Origin: an uncultured Acidobacteriaceae bacterium
Lineage (GTDB): Bacteria > Acidobacteriota > Terriglobia > Terriglobales > Acidobacteriaceae
Length of the DNA: 64,000 nt
Assembly (NCBI GenBank): GCA_964252395.1
Contig: CAXUMX010000002.1
Span: forward strand, 74,437-138,436
Reading direction: 5' to 3'
This document shows positions 1 to 8,123 of the stretch, one piece after another (within the stretch, counting starts at the first letter, position 1; each line of letters starts with the position of its first letter). The notes beneath the pieces were generated by a model. It was not told the origin of the DNA. It searched no databases and saw only the letters and a program-made list of their open reading frames with translations. Position numbers and translations under genes: made by a program.

Positions 1-1
1 G

Positions 2-1258
2 CTTTCCTTCCTGCCTTGCTGCGCGCAATCCGCCAAGCAGGATCCGCCAGTTAAGAATTCCGCCCCTGCGTACTCGCTGCCCCTGGCCAAGTTGCAGCGT
101 GCCGAGGCGCTCGATCGGGATCGGAACTGGCTGTGGCTGGCTTCGACGCTGTGGTCGATACTGTCGCTGGTGATTGTGCTGCGGCTGCACTGGGCGGCTG
201 CTCTGGCCGGGTTCGCGCGGCGTGTCAGCAGGCGAGCCTGGGTCCAGGGACTCATCTTCCTTCCACTCCTCGCACTTCTGTTGGCGGTGCTGGGCCTGCC
301 GCTGGCACTGCTTGGCCATCGCATTTCGCTCATCTTTGGCCTGTCCATTGAACGCTGGCCAACCTGGCTGTGGGATTGGATGAAAGCGACTCTGATCAAC
401 GCGGCCGGCACCACGCTGATGGTCTCCCTGCTGTTTGCCATCGTGCGCCACGCGGGCCGCATGTGGTGGCTGTGGTTCTGGCTGCTCTCGCTGCCGCTGA
501 TGCTCATCGCCGTCTACGCATTGCCGCTGGTCATCGATCCGCTGTTCAATCACTTTGAACCGCTTGCCCGATCGCATCCGGAACTGGTCACGCAACTTGA
601 ACAGTTGGTCCGGCGCAGTGGGCAGCAGATCGCGCCCGACCGGATGTTCCTGATGAAGGCCAGCGAGAAGGTAACCGGGCTGAATGCATATGTGACCGGC
701 TTCGGCGGATCGAAGCGCGTCGTGATCTGGGACACCTCTCTGCAGAAGGCGACCCCGGACGAGATCCTCTTCATCTTCGGGCATGAGCTTGGCCACTATG
801 TGCTGCACGATGTCGCGCATGGATTGCTGATGGGCGCAGGCGGCCTGCTGTTGGCGCTCTGGTTGGGCTACCACGCCGTGCACTGGTTGGTGCGCAGGTA
901 TGGCGCTGTATGGCGAGTGCCGGCAGTGGAGGACTGGAGCGCCGTTGTGGTGTTGCTGCTTGCCTTCGCGGTCTTTTCCGTACTGAGTGAGCCCATCGCC
1001 AACGGGATCAGCCGCCGTATCGAGCATCGGGCGGATGTCTATGGCCAGGAAGCGATACACGGCATCGTACCGGACCCGCAACAGACCGCGATGCACAGCT
1101 TCCAAACGCTGGGAGAACAGTCGCTCGATGTGCCGAATCCCGACCCATTCGTAGTTTTCTGGACCTATAGCCACCCGACGATCGCGGCACGCGCTGCCTT
1201 CGCGCGCGACTACGACCCGTGGCGGCCCGGAGTAAAGCCCCGCTTCTTTCCTCGCTAA
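2..1258 (+). CDS. M48 family (Ste24/HtpX-like) zinc metallopeptidase, probably 5'-truncated by the window edge
   Basis: HExxH zinc motif in FGHELGHYVLHD and a multi-TM N-terminal half. The frame is open from nt 2 up to the TTG at 92 (...PAYSLPLAKLQRAEAL...), so the true start is probably upstream of the window. Confidence 0.8.
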   Translation, partial: LSFLPCCAQSAKQDPPVKNSAPAYSLPLAKLQRAEALDRDRNWLWLASTLWSILSLVIVLRLHWAAALAGFARRVSRRAWVQGLIFLPLLALLLAVLGLPLALLGHRISLIFGLSIERWPTWLWDWMKATLINAAGTTLMVSLLFAIVRHAGRMWWLWFWLLSLPLMLIAVYALPLVIDPLFNHFEPLARSHPELVTQLEQLVRRSGQQIAPDRMFLMKASEKVTGLNAYVTGFGGSKRVVIWDTSLQKATPDEILFIFGHELGHYVLHDVAHGLLMGAGGLLLALWLGYHAVHWLVRRYGAVWRVPAVEDWSAVVVLLLAFAVFSVLSEPIANGISRRIEHRADVYGQEAIHGIVPDPQQTAMHSFQTLGEQSLDVPNPDPFVVFWTYSHPTIAARAAFARDYDPWRPGVKPRFFPR

Positions 1259-1282
1259 GCGGCAGGCGGTTAAGCTGGCAGC

Positions 1283-1621
1283 ATGGATTGCCTGTTCTGC
1301 AAGATCGCCGCGGGAGAGATTCCCGCAAAGAAGCTCTACGAAGACGATACGGCGGTCGCCTTTGCGGACATTGAGCCGCAGGCGCCGGTTCACATTCTGA
1401 TGATTCCGCGCAAGCACATCCCGTCGCTCGCGCACCTCGCGCCTGGAGAGGAGCAGATCGTCGGACATCTGCATGCAGTCGCGAACAGGCTGGCGCTCGA
1501 GAAGGGGCTGGAGAAGGGCTTTCGTACTGTCATGAACACCGGGCAGCATGGCGGACAGACGGTCGCTCACCTGCACCTGCATCTGCTGGGCGGACGTTCC
1601 ATGGGCTGGCCTCCAGGCTAG
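1283..1621 (+). CDS. HIT (histidine triad) family protein
   Basis: 112 aa. Has the N-terminal CxxC (DCLFCKI) and the histidine triad HLHLHLLGG near the C-terminus. Confidence 0.9.
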   Translation: MDCLFCKIAAGEIPAKKLYEDDTAVAFADIEPQAPVHILMIPRKHIPSLAHLAPGEEQIVGHLHAVANRLALEKGLEKGFRTVMNTGQHGGQTVAHLHLHLLGGRSMGWPPG

Positions 1622-1704
1622 CTGAAGCGAACGCGCTGTGCCAACTGGCTTGCAGGTACCGTCATGACGACCGCAGATGTGCAGCTCTCAGGCGCAAAAG
1701 CAAA

Positions 1705-1733
1705 GGCCCGCCGGTCAGGCAGGCCTCTTGCTT
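1705..1733. terminator. Putative bidirectional intrinsic terminator between convergent genes
   Basis: GGCCCGCC-GGTCA-GGCAGGCC hairpin (8 bp, one mismatch). It is flanked by an A-rich run upstream (GCAAAAGCAAA) and TCTTGCTT downstream, and sits between the HIT stop (1621) and the stop of the minus-strand gene (1753). Confidence 0.5.
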
Positions 1734-1752
1734 GAGAGTACGTTTCCGCGGC

Positions 1753-2832
1753 TCAGGCTTCGAGCGTCTCCACCTGATCCTGCTCTTCCTCTTCGCTGCC
1801 GTAACGGCGCAGCAGGTTGGGCAGATTCTGTGAGAAGGTGGCGCGCGGCATCACTGTGTCGCAGCCGGCTTCGATGGCTTTGCTCTTCAGGTCGCCCTGA
1901 ATCTGGGAGAGGAAGCCGATGATGGAGGTGCCGCGCTTCAGCTTGGTCTTGATTTTGGGGATGAGGGTCAGCGGCTTGGCGTTGAGGTTGTTCAGGTCAA
2001 CCATGATGAGTGCCGGGCGATTCTCCTCATCGGTGTCGGCCAGCTTCGCCACCACGTCCTTGTCAGGCTTCAGAAAGCTGACCTTGATACCCAGCTTTCG
2101 GGAGACCTCCTGGATCTTCGCCGCGAGGAAGAGGTCCTCGATGAAGCAGTAGATGCGGGTGGGTGCGTCTTCGCGGATCGCGACTGGCTGGTAGTAGTCC
2201 ACCTCGGAGTAGAAGCCGCTATGGGGCATGCCGCGGAAGTCGCCGTTGGAGGAGTGCGTGACCGGGTCGGCGACATTGCCGTTGGCTCCGCCGCGGTAGC
2301 TGTGGTCCATGGGGCCAACAAAAACCTGCTGGCGACGGCCCTTGCTCTTGCGGCGTGCGCCGTTGCCGTTCCCATTGCTGCCGTTCTGGTTGCCCGAGGA
2401 GGGCCGGCCGAAGCCATTGCCGTTGAAGCCGCCACCCTGGCCATTGCCAGGAGACTTCTGGAAGAAGCGTTTGCCGCCCTTCTGCTTTGAGGAGCCTTGG
2501 CCGGAGCCGTGATTCGCGGAACCCTGACCAGAGTTCTGGTGCTGCGGAGCCTGGCGGGGGGCCTGCGCGGGTGCCGTGTTCTGCGGCGCTGCCGCATCAT
2601 TACCGCCGGCTTGTCCGTTGATGGCCGCGGTGCCGGGATGGGGCTTGCCCCCCGGGCCGCCCTTGTTGCGCCTACGGCGCCGGCGGCGGTGTCCCTGAGC
2701 TTGGCTGCCGCCCTGACCCTGACTCGCGGTCTGTCCCTGCTGGCTGGCGGCTTGCGGCGCAGCGCCCTGTGGCGCTGCCGACATCGGTCCCTGAGGCTCG
2801 GAAGCCGGAGACGGGTTCTGCTCTGTTGTCAT
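1753..2832 (-). CDS. Receiver (CheY-like) domain protein with long Q/G/N/A-rich disordered N-terminal region
   Basis: 359 aa with SD AGGAAG 7 nt upstream of the ATG. The first ~220 aa are low complexity (QGQ, GNG repeats, HRRRRRRRNKG). The C-terminal ~130 aa show a receiver-like pattern: IYCFIEDLF..., ALIMVDLNN, SIIGFLSQ, AIEAGCDTVMPRATF. Confidence 0.75.
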   Translation of the reverse strand: MTTEQNPSPASEPQGPMSAAPQGAAPQAASQQGQTASQGQGGSQAQGHRRRRRRRNKGGPGGKPHPGTAAINGQAGGNDAAAPQNTAPAQAPRQAPQHQNSGQGSANHGSGQGSSKQKGGKRFFQKSPGNGQGGGFNGNGFGRPSSGNQNGSNGNGNGARRKSKGRRQQVFVGPMDHSYRGGANGNVADPVTHSSNGDFRGMPHSGFYSEVDYYQPVAIREDAPTRIYCFIEDLFLAAKIQEVSRKLGIKVSFLKPDKDVVAKLADTDEENRPALIMVDLNNLNAKPLTLIPKIKTKLKRGTSIIGFLSQIQGDLKSKAIEAGCDTVMPRATFSQNLPNLLRRYGSEEEEQDQVETLEA

Positions 2833-3674
2833 TCGTGCACTTCCTGGTGCGTTCTACTGATGGTGGACCTGCCCTCGACAGCGCATCTTCGACTCAGCTC
2901 TTGTCCTTCGAAGCGCTCTGCAGTTGGCGGGGGACCCTGTTGCGGCCATGGAGTCGCATCCCTCTCGCTGCAGGAAGGCGGCGGGTGGGCTGGCGTGACC
3001 ACGTGCTTTCTACGGATTCGAGCGTATTGTCTGCTCTCAACAGCGTTCTATGCTGGCGTTGACCGCGTGGTGCCAGGCTTCCTAGAGCGCGTTGCTGCTC
3101 GAAGCCGCGATGCGGTGGTAGTACAGATTGAGACTATTCGAAGTGGGGCGAACCCTCATTCAACTCCGGATCCAGTCTGGCTACGACTTTCCGGGATACG
3201 CAAGGGCGTCAGCCGCTCGATAGGCAAGACTCATAATACTGATCCGGGTGCCCGCTGGCAAGGGCAAACTCGCCCGGGGTAGGGCTGCAAAACCGGGCGG
3301 CGGCACAGGCGGCGATGAGGGCTTGATGCAGGAGAACGAAGGCAGATGCAATGACGCCGTCCGCGGACGGACGGCGCTTCGAATAGCCAGTCACTGGCCT
3401 CCCGGGAAATACCGCGATGGGCTGCGGTGAAGATAAAGTCCGGAGGCGGCAGGACCCTGTGGATCTCTGACTCTACTCACCGGAAGTTGTGCGCCGGGCC
3501 CTTCTCATGCGGGACCGCGTGCGTCGCTGGCTGCCTACCTTGAAGCAGGTTCAATGCCAATCTACTTCCGCCTTCCTTATGAGTCATTTACGCGTTCGTA
3601 GCACGCTGCCAGTCTCCCATTTTATGGAGGTTGGTCGGTTCCACTCCGACTTTCTGTATGAAAGGCAACGACCT

Positions 3675-4529
3675 TCAGCGCTGGCAGACCGGGCAGTAAT
3701 GCGTGCTGCGACCGACCACCAGCAGCCTGCGGATGGGAGTCTGGCACACCCGACACGGAAGGCCGGTGCGCATGTAGACGCGATGCTCCAGCTGGAAGAA
3801 GCCACGGGCGCCGGACGCGTCCACGTAGTCCGATACCGAGGAGCCGCCCAGGGATATTGCCTCGTCGAGAATGGTCACCAGCGAACGCTGCAGCCGATCC
3901 AGTTCCGCCCGGGTCAGCCGCGCCGCCATCCGTCGCGGCCGGATCCCCGCGCGAAACAGGCTCTCATCCGCATAGATGTTTCCCACCCCATGCAGCAGTG
4001 ACTGGTTCAGGAGCGCGGCCTTGATAGAGGTCCGGCGTCCGCGGAAGAGCGCGCGAAACTGCTCGGGCAAGATGCGAAGCGGCTCCTGTCCGGGGCCCGT
4101 GAATCCCGGTGGGGCGTTGGCTCGCTTAGAGTTCTGGTGAGCGACGGGGCCAGTGTGCAGTCCCATGCGGCCGAAGCGGCGGGCATCCACGAAGCGCAAC
4201 TCGCGACCGGAGCGCAGAATGAGCACGCCGTGAGTGTGGGGTGGCCGCGGTACCTCCGGCTCGGCAACTAGCAGGCGTCCCGTCATGCCCAGGTGCACGA
4301 TCCATTGCACAGGCGCGCGCCCGTCCTGCGGGCTGAAGTCAAAGACAATGTGTTTGCCGACTCGCCGGACCCGCTCTACACGCCTTCCGGCGAGCGCCTC
4401 GGCCATCTCGGCGGGCGGGGTTTTCATGGGTTCGGTCTTGCTGCTGAACCAGGCTTCCTCTACTACGTCGTGGCGGATGCGCGCATCGACGCCATTGGCA
4501 ACAGTCTCGACCTCGGGTAACTCCGGCAT
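3675..4529 (-). CDS. mutM: Formamidopyrimidine-DNA glycosylase (Fpg/MutM)
   Basis: N-terminal MPELPEVETV and C-terminal zinc finger CRVC...CPVCQR. Confidence 0.93.
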   Translation of the reverse strand: MPELPEVETVANGVDARIRHDVVEEAWFSSKTEPMKTPPAEMAEALAGRRVERVRRVGKHIVFDFSPQDGRAPVQWIVHLGMTGRLLVAEPEVPRPPHTHGVLILRSGRELRFVDARRFGRMGLHTGPVAHQNSKRANAPPGFTGPGQEPLRILPEQFRALFRGRRTSIKAALLNQSLLHGVGNIYADESLFRAGIRPRRMAARLTRAELDRLQRSLVTILDEAISLGGSSVSDYVDASGARGFFQLEHRVYMRTGLPCRVCQTPIRRLLVVGRSTHYCPVCQR

Positions 4530-4783
4530 GCCTGGTATCTCTGAGATCTATTGTCGCCGACGCAAGCGCCCCGGCGCACAACCTCTTTGTTCCTGCGAGG
4601 CTGCCGTATATCATCAGCGTTGGCTTCCGGGTGCCTGCCGGACGCACATGCCCGCCGCACATCCACCAGAGTTGCGCCTCCTGCGATCTTTGCGCGGCGA
4701 GAGACGGTGGGGCTTTGTACAAGAGCGCCGGCCGGGACTGGAAGACGAGTTTCAAGGCAAGCAGGGGAGAGACAGAGTTCAGG

Positions 4784-6103
4784 ATGCCAGCACAGACAGC
4801 AATCGTTTTAGGTGCCCAGTGGGGCGATGAGGGTAAGGGGAAGATCGTCGACGTGCTCTCAGAGCGGTTCGCGGTCGTCGCACGCTACGCGGGCGGTCAC
4901 AATGCCGGTCATACAGTCATCATCCGGGGCAAGAAATTTATCCTGCAACTGGTGCCCTGCGGCGTGCTCCGGCCGGACTGCCAGGCGGTCATCGGCAACG
5001 GCGTGGTTCTTGATCCTATGGCCTTCCTCAAGGAGGTCGAGAAGCTGGATGGTCTTGGCGTGGACACTCGCGGCCAGTTGTTCGTCTCCAACCGCGCCCA
5101 GGTAATTCTGCCGTACCATCGCATGATTGAGCTGGCCAGCGAGAGCGCGCCTGGCCGCACCAAGATTGGAACCACCAGCCGCGGGATCGGCCCCGCCTAC
5201 GAAGACAAGATGCACCGCAATGGGCTCCGCGTGGTCGACCTGTTGAACGGCAAGCTGCTGCAGACCCACATCGAGAACGCGTGCAGGGAGAAGAATGCTA
5301 TCGCGCATGCGCTGTTCGGCACTGACCCGCTCGATCCGGCGCAGATCTACGATGAGTATTCGAAGGCCGCGGAGCAGATCCGACCCTACGTCCGCGATAC
5401 GGCTGCGTTGCTGAACAATGCCATCGCTGAAGGCAAGCGCGTGATGTTTGAGGGCGCGCAGGGCACCTTGCTGGACATCGACCATGGCACTTACCCGTTT
5501 GTCACCTCCTCGTCGGCGACCGCCGGGGGCGCTGTGACCGGCACCGGCGTCGGGCCAACGCGCATTTGCACTGTCATCGGTGTGACCAAGGCCTACGTCA
5601 CGCGCGTGGGCGAAGGCCCGTTCCCGACGGAGATTCATGACGCTATGGGTGAGGAGCTACGCGCGCGCGGACAGGAGTTTGGCGCGGTTACGGGGCGGCC
5701 GCGTCGTTGCGGCTGGCTCGACCTGCCGCTGCTTCGCTACTCCAATATGATCAACGGCACTGAGTGGCTGGTAGTCACCAAGCTGGACGTGCTGGATACC
5801 CTGGCCGAGATCCCGGTGTGTGTCGGCTACCGTGTCGATGGCAAGGAGACGGACCTGATTCCGGCTGACGTCAGTGGTCTGGAACGGATCGAGCCGATCT
5901 ACACGAAGATGAAGGGCTGGCAGCAGTCGACCGAGGGTGTGCCGGTCTTCGAAAAGCTGCCGCAGCTGGCGCAGGACTATCTGCGGTTTCTGGAACGAGA
6001 GTCTGGTGCGAAGATCGGCATGGTTTCGACCGGGCCGGACCGCGAGCAGACCATGGAGCTGCCGGAGTTTCGCGTGGCGCTGGGCGGCAGCACGCTCAGG
6101 TAA
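4784..6103 (+). CDS. purA: Adenylosuccinate synthetase
   Basis: GAQWGDEGKGKIVD P-loop and GIGPAYEDK. I use the ATG at 4784 (MPAQTAIVLGAQWGDEGKG) rather than the ORF-track start at 4631, whose 51-aa extension is Cys/Arg-rich and unlike protein. Confidence 0.95.
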   Translation: MPAQTAIVLGAQWGDEGKGKIVDVLSERFAVVARYAGGHNAGHTVIIRGKKFILQLVPCGVLRPDCQAVIGNGVVLDPMAFLKEVEKLDGLGVDTRGQLFVSNRAQVILPYHRMIELASESAPGRTKIGTTSRGIGPAYEDKMHRNGLRVVDLLNGKLLQTHIENACREKNAIAHALFGTDPLDPAQIYDEYSKAAEQIRPYVRDTAALLNNAIAEGKRVMFEGAQGTLLDIDHGTYPFVTSSSATAGGAVTGTGVGPTRICTVIGVTKAYVTRVGEGPFPTEIHDAMGEELRARGQEFGAVTGRPRRCGWLDLPLLRYSNMINGTEWLVVTKLDVLDTLAEIPVCVGYRVDGKETDLIPADVSGLERIEPIYTKMKGWQQSTEGVPVFEKLPQLAQDYLRFLERESGAKIGMVSTGPDREQTMELPEFRVALGGSTLR

Positions 6104-6119
6104 GGGAGAGAGACAGGCA

Positions 6120-6407
6120 ATGGTGAGTTTTACAGTGCGGATGCGCTTCGACGACCAGGACCGCGAGCAGGTCAGTGAGCTGCTGCGTTCGCTCGCCCTC
6201 GCCTCGAGGCAGGAGCCAGGGTGTCTGGTCTATGTTCCCCACCGGGTGGAGGGGGAGCCGGACACGGTGCTGATCTATGAACAATACGCAGATGCAGCGG
6301 CACTGGACGCGCATCGTGCCAGCGACCACTTCCGCCGCTATGCGATCCAGGGGCTGTACCAGTTGCTGCGCGAGCGTTCGTCCGAAAACCTGACTGCGCT
6401 GGCTTGA
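6120..6407 (+). CDS. Antibiotic-biosynthesis-monooxygenase (ABM) domain protein
   Basis: 95 aa, MVSFTVRMRF...LIYEQYADAAALDAHRASDHFRRY, the typical ABM/dimeric alpha-beta barrel pattern. GGGAGAG SD lies 9 nt upstream of the ATG at 6120. Confidence 0.8.
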   Translation: MVSFTVRMRFDDQDREQVSELLRSLALASRQEPGCLVYVPHRVEGEPDTVLIYEQYADAAALDAHRASDHFRRYAIQGLYQLLRERSSENLTALA

Positions 6408-6590
6408 AGCCGTCGACCCGAAGATGTATTGGGCCGGAGCATTTCAACGCGTAACACCTTCTATGGATTGAGAATCGCTTGTCAGGAAGATTGCTTCAGG
6501 CGTTGTCCGCAGCCGTTCGCGGCTGGGATGTTGCAGTTGAATGCATCCTTTTGACGGGATGTTTCGGACCGGACTACCATCCATAGGTTT

Positions 6591-7106
6591 ATGCACTCCA
6601 TTCGCCGGGCGCGCGGGTCAACGAGGCAGACGAGGGCGAGAGCCCTGCTATGCATGGCCTTGCTGCTGCTCACTGCGCAGGTGGCCTATCCCCTTCCAAT
6701 GCCGCTGGTCCACCGCGAGGACCACCTCCGCCGGGAGATCGAGACCCTGGAGACGCAGTGGCGCAAGGCCCTGCTGGACAGCGACATTCCCACCATGAGC
6801 CGCCTGCTGGCGGACGATTACCTGGGCATCAATGCGAATGGGACGCTGGAGACGAAGGCGGATGCCCTGGCCGCGCGGCGTACCGGACAGATCCGGATCT
6901 CTGGCATGGACCCGGAGAACGTGAAGGTCCACGTCTACGGCGATACGGCCGTGGTCACCTCCCGGGTAGATCTGCGTGGTGCGAACGGGGACCGTGACAT
7001 CAGCGGTCTCTACCACTACACCCGCGTGTACAGCCGCCGCAGCGGCGAGTGGAAGATTGTCAGCTTCGAGGCCAGCCGTATGCAGTCGCGCAAGGACAAG
7101 CGCTGA
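6591..7106 (+). CDS. Secreted SnoaL/NTF2-like (DUF4440-type) protein
   Basis: Signal-like N-terminus. The pattern WRKALLDSDIPTMSRLLADDYLGINANG...VYGDTAVVT...EWKIVSFEAS is typical of DUF4440/NTF2 folds. Confidence 0.7.
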   Translation: MHSIRRARGSTRQTRARALLCMALLLLTAQVAYPLPMPLVHREDHLRREIETLETQWRKALLDSDIPTMSRLLADDYLGINANGTLETKADALAARRTGQIRISGMDPENVKVHVYGDTAVVTSRVDLRGANGDRDISGLYHYTRVYSRRSGEWKIVSFEASRMQSRKDKR

Positions 7107-7128
7107 CGGCTGCGGAAGTGCTGCGACG

Positions 7129-8028
7129 TCATCCGCTCTGCAGCACTGCATCTACGATCAGCACGGCCTCGACCGCAGGCCGTACGTCATGCACGCGCAC
7201 GATTGAAGCTCCCTGGAACGCCGCCATTGTGGTCGCAGCCACGCTTGCGTTGCCACGACGGTCCACGGGCGCCCCTCCCGGGTACAAGGGCTGAAGCGTA
7301 CGCCCGAGGAAGCCCTTGCGGGACAGCCCCGCGCACAGCGGGCGGCCCAGGCCGGCAAGCGAGTCGAGATGCCGCAATACGGGATAGTTCTCTTCATGCA
7401 ACTTGCCGAAGCCGAATCCGGGATCGAGCACGACCGCTTCAGCCGCAATACCGGCTGACAACGCCGCTGCCAAACGTTGCTCCAGCTCCTGCCGGATCAG
7501 CGGAACGATCTCTTCCGGCGGTAGCGGCGGCAGCGTCTTCCACTCGGAAGGAAGGCCGCGAGTGTGCATCAGAATCAGACCGCAACCGGAGCGAGCGCAC
7601 AACTCTGGCATGGCCTCATTCCACCGCAGCCCGCTGACGTCATTGACAATCTCCGCCCCCGCACGCATGGCTGCCTCTGCCGTGGCAGCGCGATAGGTAT
7701 CAATGGAGAGCAGCGCATCGGGCTGCGCGCGACGGATGCCCTCGAGCACCGGAAGCACGCGGTCGATCTCCTGCTGGGTCGAGATCGCACCCGCCTGCAG
7801 AGCAGGGGCGCCCGGGCGCGTCGATTCACCACCGACGTCGACGATCGCCGCGCCATCGGCAAACATCTGCAGTCCCTCCTCAACAGCCTGCGCGACGGAG
7901 GTGAGCCGGCCGCCGTCGGAGAAGGAGTCCGGGGTCACGTTCAGCACGCCCATCACACGGGTTGCGGCACCCAGCCTCAGAGACCGGGTGCGCAGCTTCC
8001 ATTCGAAGTGAGGACGAGGGTTGGTCAC
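7129..8028 (-). CDS. folP: Dihydropteroate synthase
   Basis: VMGVLNVTPDSFSDGG, DVGGESTRPG, and IVRVHDV near the C-terminus. Confidence 0.93.
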   Translation of the reverse strand: MTNPRPHFEWKLRTRSLRLGAATRVMGVLNVTPDSFSDGGRLTSVAQAVEEGLQMFADGAAIVDVGGESTRPGAPALQAGAISTQQEIDRVLPVLEGIRRAQPDALLSIDTYRAATAEAAMRAGAEIVNDVSGLRWNEAMPELCARSGCGLILMHTRGLPSEWKTLPPLPPEEIVPLIRQELEQRLAAALSAGIAAEAVVLDPGFGFGKLHEENYPVLRHLDSLAGLGRPLCAGLSRKGFLGRTLQPLYPGGAPVDRRGNASVAATTMAAFQGASIVRVHDVRPAVEAVLIVDAVLQSG

Positions 8029-8123
8029 ATCACAGGGTAGAGCATCGCCGCAGACGGTATCGATGGCGCTGCGCGAAGCGTGTCTGCGGGAGGTGCGGGT
8101 AGTGGCTGATACACTCCGCCATC

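Noticed and set aside
3380-3425. Cobalamin-riboswitch-like fragment (TCACTGGCCTCCCGGGAAATACC resembles the GCCACTG...GGGAAGGC B12-box region).
   Set aside because: The upstream core elements (AGGGAA, GGTG.AA.TCC, CCCGC.ACTGT) are not convincingly present. There is also no plus-strand gene downstream that it could regulate, because mutM is on the opposite strand.
4631-4783. N-terminal extensions in the ORF track. Examples are purA from 4631, tdh from 39090, panB from 42553, panC from 43265, trpF to 32128, the RND permease to 55656, the adaptor to 52391, bcp to 48162, the HMA protein to 12650 and TetR from 18067.
   Set aside because: The extensions overlap neighbouring genes or read as low-complexity noise. 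Internal ATGs with SD sequences reproduce the canonical family N-termini.
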